Assembly: GCA_020636105.1 (NCBI GenBank)
Contig: JACJYL010000002.1
Span: 496,001-560,000 of the forward strand
DNA length: 64,000 nt
Reading direction: 5' to 3'
DNA from: Lewinellaceae bacterium
GTDB lineage: Bacteria > Bacteroidota > Bacteroidia > Chitinophagales > Saprospiraceae
Shown: positions 24,088-34,749 of the stretch, one piece after another
How the letters are laid out: every line of letters begins with the position of its first letter
Numbering within the stretch: the first letter of the stretch is position 1
Made by a program: the position numbers and the translations under genes
Notes under the pieces: model-generated
What the model was told of the DNA's origin: nothing
Databases searched by the model: none
What the model saw: only the letters and a program-made list of their open reading frames with translations

Positions 24088-24450
24088 ATGAGAGATAGAA
24101 GTTCCCGCAGAAGCAACAGAAGATCCCGCGAATTCAACCCGGCAGAGGAAAAGGTGAAATTTTACCGGCACCTGTCCTCTTACGTCATCGTCAACGTAAT
24201 GATGATGGCGGTCAATGCCCTTTCCGGCACCTATCGCAACTGGCTGCCTGTCATCTTCTTCTGGGGAATCGGACTGGCCTTCCATTATGTAAAAGCCTTT
24301 GGTTTTGGCCGACAAGGGGTAGGCAGTAAAGAATGGGAAAATAAAATGCTCAACAAAGGAGGAAAAACTACTGAAAAGGAGGAATACCTCGATCTGAAAG
24401 AGCTGGAAAAAGACCCCCAGAAAAACTGGAGTGAGGAAGACCTGGTTTAG
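24088..24450 (+). CDS. 2TM domain-containing protein
   Basis: FYRHLSSYVIVNVMMMAVNALSG..WLPVIFFWGIGLAFHYVKAF. Confidence 0.7.
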   Translation: MRDRSSRRSNRRSREFNPAEEKVKFYRHLSSYVIVNVMMMAVNALSGTYRNWLPVIFFWGIGLAFHYVKAFGFGRQGVGSKEWENKMLNKGGKTTEKEEYLDLKELEKDPQKNWSEEDLV

Positions 24451-24459
24451 AAAAGGGAA

Positions 24460-24494
24460 AAGATTAAAGATTAAAGGTTAAAGGTTAAAGACTA
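24460..24494. repeat. Tandem heptamer AAGRTTA x5
   Basis: AAGATTA AAGATTA AAGGTTA AAGGTTA AAGACTA, starting 10 nt after the stop codon. Confidence 0.9.
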
Positions 24495-24729
24495 AATTAA
24501 AAGAATATCCATTGGAAAACCGTCCTGTATTCCCATTGCTCAACGGAATTAATTTTCAACTTAAAGTTAAAGTGTGAATATTAAAAAATAATCTATCTTT
24601 GAACCGTTATACTGGTCATTGATTAGTTTACCAATTTTTTCAAAACTATTTTTCCAGGTCCGATCCTGTCAGGACGGCAGGTGACCAGATTGCGAGGGAA
24701 TTTTAGAAATCCCGGGTGATCAAGTAAAA

Positions 24730-25479
24730 TTGTTATTAAATCCAACAACTTTGTCTGATAGCCTTGTCATAATACCTACCTATAACGAAAAAGAAAATAT
24801 CGTTTCTATCATTGAAGCCGTATTTTCCCTTCCGAAAAAATTCCATGTACTGGTAGTGGACGATGATTCTCCAGATGGCACGGCCGACCTGGTAAAAGCA
24901 TTACAAAAAATATATTCAGACCGCCTTTTCCTGGTGGAACGACAGGGAAAACTTGGGCTGGGAACGGCTTATATCGCCGGTTTTCGCTGGGGGCTTGAAC
25001 GGGATTATGATTTTTTTATTGAAATGGATGCCGATTTTTCCCACAATCCCAGCGATCTCAGCCGGCTTTACCTTGCTTGTATGGAACAAAACGGTGACGT
25101 GGCAGTAGGCTCCAGGTATATACACGGCGGTAAAGTTAAAAATTGGCCATTCAAAAGAATTTTCCTCTCCTTCGGAGCCTCGTTATATGTCAGATTGCTT
25201 ACCTGGATGCCGGTGAAAGACCCTACTGCAGGGTTTGTCTGCTACCGCCGGAAAGTATTGCAGGCCATTAATTTGGATAAGATCAAATTTATCGGTTATG
25301 CTTTCCAGATCGAAATGAAATTTGCCTCCCGGATGCTGGGTTTTAAGATTGTTGAAGTGCCTATTACATTCACTGACCGGGTGGAAGGAATCTCCAAAAT
25401 GACCAAAGGCATCGTCAAAGAAGCCATCTTTGGGGTACTCGAAATGCGCTGGCGCAGCTTTTTTGCCAGTTACCGCTAA
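24730..25479 (+). CDS. GT2 polyprenol-phosphate mannosyltransferase-like glycosyltransferase
   Basis: IIPTYNEKENI...VVDDDSPDGTADLV...EMDADFSH; TTG start. Confidence 0.85.
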   Translation: MLLNPTTLSDSLVIIPTYNEKENIVSIIEAVFSLPKKFHVLVVDDDSPDGTADLVKALQKIYSDRLFLVERQGKLGLGTAYIAGFRWGLERDYDFFIEMDADFSHNPSDLSRLYLACMEQNGDVAVGSRYIHGGKVKNWPFKRIFLSFGASLYVRLLTWMPVKDPTAGFVCYRRKVLQAINLDKIKFIGYAFQIEMKFASRMLGFKIVEVPITFTDRVEGISKMTKGIVKEAIFGVLEMRWRSFFASYR

Positions 25480-25501
25480 ACCTTTTCTGACCTGATTTAA
25501 T

Positions 25502-25882
25502 ATGGAATTCCTGACCAACAAAAATTTTGATCAAAAAGTACTTCATAATGAAAAACCGGTGCTCGTTGAGATTATGACTTCCTCTTGTCCCAATTGCGCC
25601 GCTTTTGATCCTATCTATAAAGCAACCGAACAAGCCAATGCCGAAAAGGCCGATTTCTTTCAATTAAATGCTGAAGATTATCTAAGTATTGCCAAAAGAT
25701 ATAAAGTTTTTGGAGTCCCTACCCTGCTCTATTTTCGTCATGGAATTCTCGTCAAAAAAAAATCAGGCATCCAAAGCCAGGAAAAAATGGAAAAATCCAT
25801 TTCCCTAATTATCGGTTTTTCCCCGGAAGAAGCCGCAGCCCATGAACACAAAAGCCTTATTCAAAAGCTTTTTGGAAAATAA
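25502..25882 (+). CDS. Thioredoxin family protein
   Basis: CPNC redox motif in LVEIMTSSCPNCAAF, and FGVPTLLYF. Confidence 0.8.
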   Translation: MEFLTNKNFDQKVLHNEKPVLVEIMTSSCPNCAAFDPIYKATEQANAEKADFFQLNAEDYLSIAKRYKVFGVPTLLYFRHGILVKKKSGIQSQEKMEKSISLIIGFSPEEAAAHEHKSLIQKLFGK

Positions 25883-26013
25883 CTTTCCTCGTTTTCTTCT
25901 CTGACAAAGCCAAATTCCTTTGGCCTGTTCTCCCGTATATGCTAGTTTTCTACCCTACTTTCATTCGATAGAAAAGCCCGCCTGCAAAAAAAATAATTAT
26001 TTTTTTTCTTTAG

Positions 26014-26025
26014 ATGTTGCAACAT
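26014..26025. promoter_or_regulatory. 12-bp palindrome ATGTTGCAACAT upstream of the yceI-like gene
   Basis: Lies 15 bp upstream of the candidate -7 box TATATTTG (26040-26047). Confidence 0.4.
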
Positions 26026-26084
26026 TTATTGTTTAGACTTATATTTGCATCATAAATTTTTACACCAAACAAAAAAACGATATC

Positions 26085-26696
26085 ATGAAAGGAATTAACT
26101 TGTTTATCATCGCGCTCTTTTTTACCATTTCGGCTGGTGCGCAGACTACTTCCTGGTCTTTTGACAAAGCACACACCAATGTAAGATTTTCAGTAGATCA
26201 CATGGTCATTTCAGAAGTGGAAGGAAATTTCAACCAGTTTGATGGTACTGTATGGGCCACTAAAGAGGATTTTTCTGACTTAAAAGCACAATTCACCATC
26301 CAGACAGCAAGTGTGGACACCGATCAGGAAAAACGTGACGGTCACCTCAAAAGCGCCGATTTCTTTGATGTTGAAAAATATCCAACGATCACTTTTAAAA
26401 GTAAGGCAGTCAAAAAAATGGGGAATAACACCTTCAAACTCATTGGAGATTTTACCATGATCGGAGTCACCAAAGAGGTTGAATTGGAGGTTAAACACCT
26501 GGGAACCATTCAGGATCCATGGGGAAATACAAAAGCAGGGTTTAAAATTACAGGCACCCTCAATAGAAATGACTGGGGATTGAAATACAACTCCGTAATG
26601 GACAATGGCGGCATGCTGATCGGGGAAGAAGTGAATATCACATGTAATGTGGAGCTGGCTAAGGAAAAAACGAACCTTCTGGAAAACAAAAAATAA
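26085..26696 (+). CDS. YceI family periplasmic protein
   Basis: Signal peptide plus WSFDKAHTNVRFSVDHMVISEVEGNF...SVDTDQEKRDGHLKSADFFDVEKYP. Confidence 0.85.
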   Translation: MKGINLFIIALFFTISAGAQTTSWSFDKAHTNVRFSVDHMVISEVEGNFNQFDGTVWATKEDFSDLKAQFTIQTASVDTDQEKRDGHLKSADFFDVEKYPTITFKSKAVKKMGNNTFKLIGDFTMIGVTKEVELEVKHLGTIQDPWGNTKAGFKITGTLNRNDWGLKYNSVMDNGGMLIGEEVNITCNVELAKEKTNLLENKK

Positions 26697-26798
26697 CGGA
26701 TGTACCGTTTTTTAATACAAGAATAATAAACCACCCAAACAATCTTCATTCTTAATCACTCGAATTGACTACATATTTTTGTGTTTGAAAATTTAAGA

Positions 26799-26834
26799 GG
26801 TGTTCCGGGGGTTGCCCCCGGACACCTTTTTTTT
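26799..26834 (+). terminator. Rho-independent terminator
   Basis: GGTGTTCCGGGGG-TTG-CCCCCGGACACC followed by TTTTTTTT. It lies inside the N-terminal extension of track ORF 26781, which supports the later MarR start. Confidence 0.75.
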
Positions 26835-26912
26835 GATCTGAATTTTGGATGTTTTACAAATAGGTACATTTCATATTTTTATCTATATTTATGGCTCAAA
26901 TTTTGCCTGACA

Positions 26913-27359
26913 ATGAAAATTGAAGAAGAATTAAAAACCAGCTTCCGAAACGAATATCATAAAGCATTTGTCAATTTACATTATACAAATGCACAACTTC
27001 ACGGAAAATTGGCCGATTTGGTCAGTGAATATGACCTGACTGGAACCCAATTTAATGCACTTCGAATTTTGAGGGGTCAGTATCCCAAGGCCATTTGTCT
27101 TCGTGTACTAAAAGAAAGAATGATTGAAAAAAATTCCGATGTGAGCCGCATTGTTGATCGCCTGTATCACAAACAATTGATTGACAGAACCGAGAGTGCT
27201 GCGGACCGAAGGCATAAAGACGTAAAAATCAATCAAAAAGGATTGGATCTTTTAGGGCAAATGGATCACTGTATTGAGCAATTGGATTTGTTGCTCTCCA
27301 ATTTAGACGAATCAGAAATACTTCAATTCAACCATTTACTGAATAAGATCAGAGAATAA
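26913..27359 (+). CDS. MarR family transcriptional regulator
   Basis: ATG at 26913 (MKIEEELK). wHTH: LTGTQFNALRILRGQ...VSRIVDRLYHKQLIDR..DRRHKDVKINQKG. Confidence 0.85.
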   Translation: MKIEEELKTSFRNEYHKAFVNLHYTNAQLHGKLADLVSEYDLTGTQFNALRILRGQYPKAICLRVLKERMIEKNSDVSRIVDRLYHKQLIDRTESAADRRHKDVKINQKGLDLLGQMDHCIEQLDLLLSNLDESEILQFNHLLNKIRE

Positions 27360-27849
27360 GGCTTACACTATCTATTCTTTCTTTTTTCCTTTCCCCATCA
27401 TCGGAATTTTCCCTATTTACAAAAACTAAAATATCCGCTATTCCCATGGTCATTTTTCACCTTTATCCTTTCATTCTCTAAAAATACAACCCACTTAAAA
27501 TCAATATTTTATACTCTACAGAGCGCTCCTTTTACGCTTAAAGAGACATAATGCCCAAAATCACTATGAAACACTGACTTTCATTAGTTTTTTTCATTCT
27601 TTTTTTATCGAAAATTGTGCCCGGAACGCAAAGGCGTACAGGTGGAAATTTAATGACCCGGAAGGCACTGTAACAAAGAAAAAGAAGCGAGCGTCCTGCC
27701 TTTAATAGTGATTCAGAGGATTTTCATTTACCCTAAATTAATTAATTTACCAAAAGTTGAATTGTCCGAAAAAGCCATGCCTGCCTAAACCCGACAGTCA
27801 TAAGAACCGGACATTTCCTCTCTAACCGTAAAACAAAAAAGTCTGACTA

Positions 27850-30111
27850 ATGAACAAAGAAGGTCTAAAAAATGCAGCACTTCAATACCACGAGCAAAAT
27901 CGCCCGGGCAAAATAGAAGTCATTTCCTCAAAACCCTGCCTCTCCCAGCACGATTTATCCCTTGCCTACACCCCGGGGGTAGCAGCCCCATGTCTGGAGA
28001 TCGAGCGCGATCCCGCCAATGCCTTAAAATATACCGCCAAGGGGAACCTGGTAGCCGTGATCAGTAACGGTACCGCTGTGTTGGGATTAGGCAACATTGG
28101 CGCCCTCGCCTCTAAACCGGTTATGGAGGGTAAAGGTGTTTTATTCAAAAGATTCGCGGACATCGATGTCTTTGATATCGAAATTCAAAGCCTTGATCCC
28201 GATGTGGTGATCAATACCGTAGAACAAATTGCCCCGACTTTTGGAGGCATTAACCTGGAAGACATCAAGGCTCCTGAATGTTTTTATATTGAGGAAACGC
28301 TAAAGAAAAGACTGGACATCCCTGTCTTCCATGATGACCAGCACGGAACTGCAATTATTTCAGGGGCTGCCCTGATCAATGCCGTTGAAATTGCAGAAAA
28401 GAAAATGGAAGACATCAAAGTTGTTTTCAGTGGAGCCGGAGCAGCCGGTATTGCCTGCGCCAATTTTTACATTTCCCTGGGAGTAAAACCTGAAAATGTC
28501 TTAATGACCGATAGTAAGGGAGTGCTGTGGAAAGGAAGAGGCGATGAAGGCACCAACAAATACAAAGACAAATTCTTCAGGACTACTGAAACCAGAACAC
28601 TAGAGGATGCCATGAAGGGGGCTGATGCGTTTTGTGGTGTTTCTGCCAAAGATGTATTGAGTAAGGATATGGTTAAAACCATGGCTAAAAATCCGATCGT
28701 TTTTGCCATGGCCAATCCAGACCCGGAAATCTCCTATCCCGATGCCGTAGAAGCCCGGCCGGATGTCATTATGGCCACCGGACGCAGTGATTATCCTAAC
28801 CAGGTCAACAATGTTTTGGGATTTCCATACATTTTCAGAGGAACCCTCGATGTACAGGCGACCAATATCAATGAAGAGATGAAACTGGCCGCGGCGCACG
28901 CCCTGGCAAAACTGGCTAAAGAAGATGTTCCGGAGGGAGTTCGGCAAGCCTATGGAGATAAGGAAATGAACTATGGCCGCGAATATATTATCCCTAAACC
29001 TTTTGATCCAAGGGTTTTGGTCTGGACAGCCTCCGCTGTGGCAGAAGCAGCCATGAAAACCGGGGTAGCTAAAAAGCCCATTGATATTGAAGAATACCGG
29101 GAAGAACTTCGCAAAAAAATCGACTGGTCCCGACAGGTCATGCGCAAGATTTTCATCCAGGCAAAAAAAGACCCGAAACGCATTGTTTTTCCGGAAGGTA
29201 CCAACTCAAAAATCATGTGGGCCGCAGCAGAGGTAGCCGCAGAGGGCATCGCTAAGCCTATTTTATTGGGAAGGAGCAGGCAGGAAATTTTGGACCTGTT
29301 TGAAGAAAACAAACACAGTACAGATGGAATCGAAATCATTGAGCCGAAAAATGCAGCTTTTAGAAGTGACCTGACAAATGCCTATTTCAAACTCCGTCAA
29401 AGGAAAGGGATAACCATGAACCAGGCTGCGCAGGATATGAAAAATTATTACCATTTCGGCACCATGATGGTCAAAGAAGGATATGCGGATGGTATGGTTG
29501 CGGGAGTAGACTCAAGCTTCCCGGATGTACTGAGACCCGCCCTACAGATCATTGGTCGTCAGAAAGAAGGACCGCTGGTCGCAGGATTGTATATGGTTCA
29601 GCATGGCAACAGACAATATTTCTTTGGAGATTGCGCGGTTAACATCAACCCTAGTGCTACCGACCTGGCTGAGATTACACTGATGGGGGCCAGAGAAATG
29701 GAACGCCTGGGCATTAAACCCAATGTAGCGATGCTTTCCTTCTCCAACTTCGGATCCGTTCGGGTCCCTGAAACGCAAAAAATAATCGATGCCATCAAAA
29801 TTGTCAACGAAAAGCGGCCGGATTTGAATATTGATGGTCCGGTACAGGCGGGAATGGCTCTTGACCCGACCCTTTTGCAGAAAACATTCCCGTTTTCCAG
29901 CATTGACACAAGGCCAAACCTGTTAATATTCCCGAACCTTGATGCAGCCAATATCGGTTTGTTTATGCTTAGGGCGATGAGTAACATTCATTCCATAGGA
30001 CCTATCATGGTGGGCTTCTCTCAGCCTATTCACCTGATTACGCGCAGTACTCCTGTTAATAATATCGTTAATTTGACGGGCATCGCCTGTGTGGATGCAC
30101 AAAAGTCATAA
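27850..30111 (+). CDS. maeB: NADP-dependent malic enzyme (malic enzyme plus PTA-like domain)
   Basis: 753 aa; [29 protein letters not shown], and a C-terminal phosphate-acetyltransferase-like half. Confidence 0.95.
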   Translation: MNKEGLKNAALQYHEQNRPGKIEVISSKPCLSQHDLSLAYTPGVAAPCLEIERDPANALKYTAKGNLVAVISNGTAVLGLGNIGALASKPVMEGKGVLFKRFADIDVFDIEIQSLDPDVVINTVEQIAPTFGGINLEDIKAPECFYIEETLKKRLDIPVFHDDQHGTAIISGAALINAVEIAEKKMEDIKVVFSGAGAAGIACANFYISLGVKPENVLMTDSKGVLWKGRGDEGTNKYKDKFFRTTETRTLEDAMKGADAFCGVSAKDVLSKDMVKTMAKNPIVFAMANPDPEISYPDAVEARPDVIMATGRSDYPNQVNNVLGFPYIFRGTLDVQATNINEEMKLAAAHALAKLAKEDVPEGVRQAYGDKEMNYGREYIIPKPFDPRVLVWTASAVAEAAMKTGVAKKPIDIEEYREELRKKIDWSRQVMRKIFIQAKKDPKRIVFPEGTNSKIMWAAAEVAAEGIAKPILLGRSRQEILDLFEENKHSTDGIEIIEPKNAAFRSDLTNAYFKLRQRKGITMNQAAQDMKNYYHFGTMMVKEGYADGMVAGVDSSFPDVLRPALQIIGRQKEGPLVAGLYMVQHGNRQYFFGDCAVNINPSATDLAEITLMGAREMERLGIKPNVAMLSFSNFGSVRVPETQKIIDAIKIVNEKRPDLNIDGPVQAGMALDPTLLQKTFPFSSIDTRPNLLIFPNLDAANIGLFMLRAMSNIHSIGPIMVGFSQPIHLITRSTPVNNIVNLTGIACVDAQKS

Positions 30112-30158
30112 CTGGCCCATTAGCTGGTTAAACTGATTTTTTTCTCATCATGTTAAAT

Positions 30159-30197
30159 GCCTGGAAAAGTAAACAGATGCTTTTCCGGGCATTTTTT
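30159..30197 (+). terminator. Rho-independent terminator after maeB
   Basis: GCCTGGAAAAG-N10-CTTTTCCGGGC followed by ATTTTTT. Confidence 0.75.
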
Positions 30198-30468
30198 ATC
30201 GGCCAACTGTTTTTTATGCAAAAAGAATTTCTGCCAACTCAACTTTCCACTTTAGCCATTTTGCTGCTGATATAATTCCGGCATTTTCTTACATTTGCCT
30301 TTCGTAGGAGTTGTCTCGATCGACGGGTGGATAAAAACCCATCCTGACAGTAAACAAGCGGTAAGTATATAACGTTTCCTAATAGTCAGTGAATAACCAT
30401 TTTGCGATCCACGTTTTATGAAGCCTTACGATCTGATTTTGTAGGGTACAGGGCCAATAATAGAAAAT

Positions 30469-32505
30469 ATGCAATTTTTATATCCGACATTTTTATTTGC
30501 ACTGGCCGCACTGGCCATTCCGATAATCATTCACCTTTTTTACTTTCGCAGGTTTAAGAAAGTTTACTTTACGAATGTACGATTCCTGAAAGAGGTGAAA
30601 GAGGAGACGAGCGCCCGCTCAAAACTGAGAAACCTCCTGGTACTCTTAATGCGTTTGCTGGCTATCGCTTTTTTGGTTTTTGCTTTTGCACAACCTTTCC
30701 TCCCCGCCAAAAATGCCGCAGTCAAAAAAGGATCTAAAGCCGTGAGTGTGTTTATTGACAACTCCTTCAGTATGAAAGCGCTCAGCAGCGATGTGCCGCT
30801 GATAGAAAAAGCGAAGCAGCGTGCCCGGGAAATCGTGGAAGCCTACCCCGTCGATGCAAGGTTCCAGGTGCTGACCAATGATTTTGAAGGCCGTCACCAG
30901 AGACTTTACAGCAAGGATGAAGCCCTCAATCTGGTGGAAGAAATTAAAATTTCTCCTGCAGTAAAAAAGCTGTCTTCGGTATTGGGCCGCCAAAAGCAAA
31001 CTTTAAATTCAGGGGATGCCGACAACCGGACCATTTACCTGCTCTCCGATTTTCAAAGAAATATTACCGATCTGGAGAACGAAGCAGATACCACCATTGA
31101 AATAAATTTGTTGCCGCTCCAGGCCGTCCGGGAAAATAATGTTGGCATCGATTCGGCCTGGTTTGAAGCACCTGTACAAATGCTCAATCAACTGAATACC
31201 CTACTGGTCAGGGTGAGGAATTATACCAATGAAGATGCTGAAAATATCCGGTTATCCATGCTTTACACCGGGGAAAATAAACCCGTTGGCACCATGAATA
31301 TTCCTGCCAAATCCTTCGTGATTGATACCATAAATTTAACGGTTCTAAAGCCGGGTTGGCAAAATGTCACCCTCAATATCACAGATTATCCTATTCAATT
31401 CGATGATAAATACTTCCTGTCCTTCCTCGTGGCGGAACAGATCAATGTTTTAGCGATTAACGATTTAGCGGCCAATCCGAACATGGAGGCTGCCTTCAGA
31501 GGTTTTGGCAATTACGTACTGACCAATGCGACTTCCAATCAATTGGACTATTCCAAAATGTCAGGTTATCAGCTGATCGTACTCAACGAATTGACTTCCA
31601 TTTCTACAGGTTTGGCCTTTGAACTGCAGCAATTTGTTAAAAACGGAGGAAATTTACTGGTGTTTCCCAACAAAAATGCAACCATAGCCTCCTACAGGAG
31701 TTTCCTTAGCGGTTTTCCGGCAGATGAACTGGAACGTTTTGAGGAAACCGCTAAAAAAGTAAGTTATATCAATACCGATGAATTCATTTTCCACGATGTC
31801 TATGAAAATAAATCGGCCAATTTCAATTTACCTTCCACCACGGGAAGTTTCAGGTTATCCAGCTATCAAAGCAGGAAGGCGGAACCCCTGCTCACTTTCC
31901 GCGACGGAGAACCTTATCTGTCAAAATACCAGGTTGAACAGGGTAATCTCTACCTCTGCGCTTCGCCCCTCAACACAAATTTTAATGACCTGGTGCGCAA
32001 CGGAGAGATCTTTGTTCCGCTTTTGTATAAGACCGCTATTTCTTCCGGGCAGACAAGGCCCGTAGCATATACCATAGGCAAGGACGAACAGGTAAGTTAT
32101 CCCATCACCCAGGCCATTGGCAATGAAACGGTTTACAAACTGAAAGGCAAAGCAGAAGAATTTATTCCGGAACAACGCATCATTGGAGCTCGGGCCATTT
32201 TGGGCGTACACCAACAAATCCCGGATGCAGGTTTTTATGAATTGTTTCTTACTCCTGAGGAAAAACTGTATCAATATGCCTTCAATTACGACCGCCAGGA
32301 ATCAGACCTGGAATACTATTCGGGGGAAGACCTGGAAAATATCGCGGGGCCAACCACCAGCGTCATCGATATTACAGATGAAGCCTATTTGACCCAAACC
32401 ATTGCCGAACGGAGCCAGGGCATTGTGCTTTGGCGCTGGTGTATCATTGCCGTATTGATTTTCCTCGGACTTGAAGTGCTGTTGCTGAGATTTTGGAAAG
32501 TTTAA
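30469..32505 (+). CDS. BatA-type N-terminal double-TM domain membrane protein
   Basis: MQFLYPTFLFALAALAIPIIIHLFYFRR is the characteristic N-terminus. 678 aa with a C-terminal TM. Confidence 0.7.
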   Translation: MQFLYPTFLFALAALAIPIIIHLFYFRRFKKVYFTNVRFLKEVKEETSARSKLRNLLVLLMRLLAIAFLVFAFAQPFLPAKNAAVKKGSKAVSVFIDNSFSMKALSSDVPLIEKAKQRAREIVEAYPVDARFQVLTNDFEGRHQRLYSKDEALNLVEEIKISPAVKKLSSVLGRQKQTLNSGDADNRTIYLLSDFQRNITDLENEADTTIEINLLPLQAVRENNVGIDSAWFEAPVQMLNQLNTLLVRVRNYTNEDAENIRLSMLYTGENKPVGTMNIPAKSFVIDTINLTVLKPGWQNVTLNITDYPIQFDDKYFLSFLVAEQINVLAINDLAANPNMEAAFRGFGNYVLTNATSNQLDYSKMSGYQLIVLNELTSISTGLAFELQQFVKNGGNLLVFPNKNATIASYRSFLSGFPADELERFEETAKKVSYINTDEFIFHDVYENKSANFNLPSTTGSFRLSSYQSRKAEPLLTFRDGEPYLSKYQVEQGNLYLCASPLNTNFNDLVRNGEIFVPLLYKTAISSGQTRPVAYTIGKDEQVSYPITQAIGNETVYKLKGKAEEFIPEQRIIGARAILGVHQQIPDAGFYELFLTPEEKLYQYAFNYDRQESDLEYYSGEDLENIAGPTTSVIDITDEAYLTQTIAERSQGIVLWRWCIIAVLIFLGLEVLLLRFWKV

Positions 32506-32546
32506 ATTCACTTTCCAAAATCTTTGTTCAATGTTTCCTTTTACCC

Positions 32547-32996
32547 TCAGTTTGCTTCTTCCAGTTTGAAGAACGCCCTGACCGCATTTTGTTGAGCATC
32601 AGAAGAAAAATTAAAAGAAAGTAAGGTTTTCTTTTTCTGCTTCATTTTGATCATTTCCAAAATACCGGAGAAAGCTTCAATAGGATAATTGGCCACAATT
32701 TGCCGGGTAGTTTTGTCAAAAGCAGGCTTTTGATTTAACCGCTGATCGCCGGAATCAAAAAAATTGATCTCTGCCGAAATAACAGTTGATCCGCTTGTCG
32801 CTGGTTCCCCTTTCAATACGATGGTAATTCCATGGATCGGGTTGTTGCCACTTTTTACAAAGGCAAACATTTCATTGGTGATGCTGTAATTCCTGACCAG
32901 CAAAGATTCATTGGTAACGACAGCCATTCCACCGGCATCCTGGCCGAAAAGCCCCTGGGAGGCCAAAAACCCCAGTAATAAAAATAAATGCTTCAT
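32547..32996 (-). CDS. Hypothetical secreted protein
   Basis: 149 aa with signal peptide MKHLFLLLGFLASQGLFGQ. Confidence 0.55.
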   Translation of the reverse strand: MKHLFLLLGFLASQGLFGQDAGGMAVVTNESLLVRNYSITNEMFAFVKSGNNPIHGITIVLKGEPATSGSTVISAEINFFDSGDQRLNQKPAFDKTTRQIVANYPIEAFSGILEMIKMKQKKKTLLSFNFSSDAQQNAVRAFFKLEEAN

Positions 32997-33112
32997 CTTC
33001 TTTTTGAGCGCAAGTTTACAATTTATCCGGAAGAATTAATTCAAAATGAATATTAAAATTCCCCCTTGCTTCCCGCGGTGCCTGTAACGGGTAGCTGTTT
33101 TTTTGTTGGTTA

Positions 33113-34606
33113 TTATTGCAAAATTATCTTTTCAACGATCACGCCTTCCTTCTTTTGCACTTTAAGAAAATAAAGCCCTTTTGTCAACCCTGATAAATTC
33201 AAATGATCCGGATTAACTTCCGTCCTGAATACAACTTTGCCCTGGATATCGATGATTTCGACCGCACGTAAATCCGGGGTTTCAATCCTCAAAACACCAC
33301 TGGTCGGATTGGGATAAATATTACAATCAATATTTTCATTCGTATTTTCTACCATAGTGGTTCCATCTGTCACTTTAACCACCCAAAAATCGGCACCTCC
33401 ATGGTTGTCCGCCACAATTTGGCCATCCTGTGTACAGCTATAACCGGCCACCAGGTAATTGTTATTGCCCATGGGAACCAAAGAAGTCGCCACCTCTCTG
33501 CCCAGACTGTCTCCCAAACACAATTCCCAAAGAATATTGTATTGATGATCAAAATCGACGATCCAGAAATCTCCAAAATCATCCTCATTTTTGAGATCCC
33601 CGTTGTCAGATTCCGCCACACCGACCATGATAAACTCCGTATTGTTTTTGGGGATCACATCATAGGCAGTTTCCGGATCACTTCCCCCAAAACAATGGCT
33701 GGAAACCAGTTCCCCATCCTCGTCGATCATAACCGCCCAATAATCAAAAGAACCATGGTTGCCCAAAACATAACCATCCTGGGAAGCGGTAGAACCGACC
33801 ACAATATATCCCCCACCATACGTAGGTTTAATAGAATGGGGATAATCGTTCAGACTGCCTCCGTATTCTTTTTGCCAAAGCATATTGCCGTTTTCATCGA
33901 GTTTGACAATGAGATAATTGCTATTACTCTCACAAACATCTGCGGTAAAAACAACCCCGTTGTCGGGTGTCAGTAGCGCTGAGCCAAAATTCACACAATC
34001 ACTAATGAAAAAACTTTTTTCCCAAAGTAGATTTCCCAGCTGATCAATTTTAATGATCCAGGCCGCCCACTTGTTGGGATCATTACCGGTCACATCTCCA
34101 TCATGGGAGTTGGTCACTCCTGAAATAATGAAACCATTATCAATGGTCTTCATGATATTGGAAGGAATGTCAAATGAACTGCCTCCATAACTTTTTTGCC
34201 AGATTACTCCTCCGAAATCGTTGATCTTAACGATCCAGAAATCGGTATTCATTGGATCTCCCCCCACCATGTTTTTCCGACCTGCGATGATATAATTCCC
34301 GTCCTGGGTTCCGGTGATAGACGAGGCACTTTCGTAAACTTCAGTACCATAGGTTTCTTCCCAAAGAATCTCCCCGTTGTCATCTATTTTTATGACCCAA
34401 AAGTCGCTGCTTCCGTGGTTCATAGAAATATCTCCGTCATCCGACCGGGTATTCCCTGCAATGAGGAAACCTCCATTGTGGGATTGGATGATCGCGTAGG
34501 CCATATCATCATCGCTTCCCCCAAAACATTTGTTCCACTCCATATGTTGTGCGAAGGCAAAAAATGGCCACAACACCAATACTAATAACTTGATTATCTT
34601 TTTCAT
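33113..34606 (-). CDS. T9SS C-terminal-domain secreted repeat (beta-propeller-like) protein
   Basis: Repeated GGSxxD...GG(F/Y)IIAG.T.S.DGD units. C-terminal CNIYPNPTSGVLRIE...GLYFLKVQ. Confidence 0.8.
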   Translation of the reverse strand: MKKIIKLLVLVLWPFFAFAQHMEWNKCFGGSDDDMAYAIIQSHNGGFLIAGNTRSDDGDISMNHGSSDFWVIKIDDNGEILWEETYGTEVYESASSITGTQDGNYIIAGRKNMVGGDPMNTDFWIVKINDFGGVIWQKSYGGSSFDIPSNIMKTIDNGFIISGVTNSHDGDVTGNDPNKWAAWIIKIDQLGNLLWEKSFFISDCVNFGSALLTPDNGVVFTADVCESNSNYLIVKLDENGNMLWQKEYGGSLNDYPHSIKPTYGGGYIVVGSTASQDGYVLGNHGSFDYWAVMIDEDGELVSSHCFGGSDPETAYDVIPKNNTEFIMVGVAESDNGDLKNEDDFGDFWIVDFDHQYNILWELCLGDSLGREVATSLVPMGNNNYLVAGYSCTQDGQIVADNHGGADFWVVKVTDGTTMVENTNENIDCNIYPNPTSGVLRIETPDLRAVEIIDIQGKVVFRTEVNPDHLNLSGLTKGLYFLKVQKKEGVIVEKIILQ

Positions 34607-34749
34607 AATGTAAAAGTTTTAAGTTAGTACCTGTAGGGTGTTCCTTCCAAAATCGGACCATAAAAAAAGTTGCATAAAAAGAACTGATTGGCAAAACATG
34701 CGGCACTTTCAGCTGTGTCTGCCAGGAAAATTCCTAAAGTTTTTCTGTG

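Noticed and set aside
26781-26912. N-terminal extensions in the ORF track (26781 for MarR, 19943 for the cargo protein, 45510 for selU, 36728 for the aminotransferase, 52622 for folC)
   Set aside because: The extensions start at non-ATG codons. They run through a terminator (26799-34), precede an obvious signal peptide (19844), or add non-conserved residues. Internal ATGs give family-typical N-termini.
27360-27849. Unusually long (490-bp) non-coding region upstream of maeB, considered for a riboswitch or sRNA
   Set aside because: I could identify no recognisable conserved RNA motif, convincing hairpin series or repeat by eye. An Rfam scan would be needed before claiming anything.
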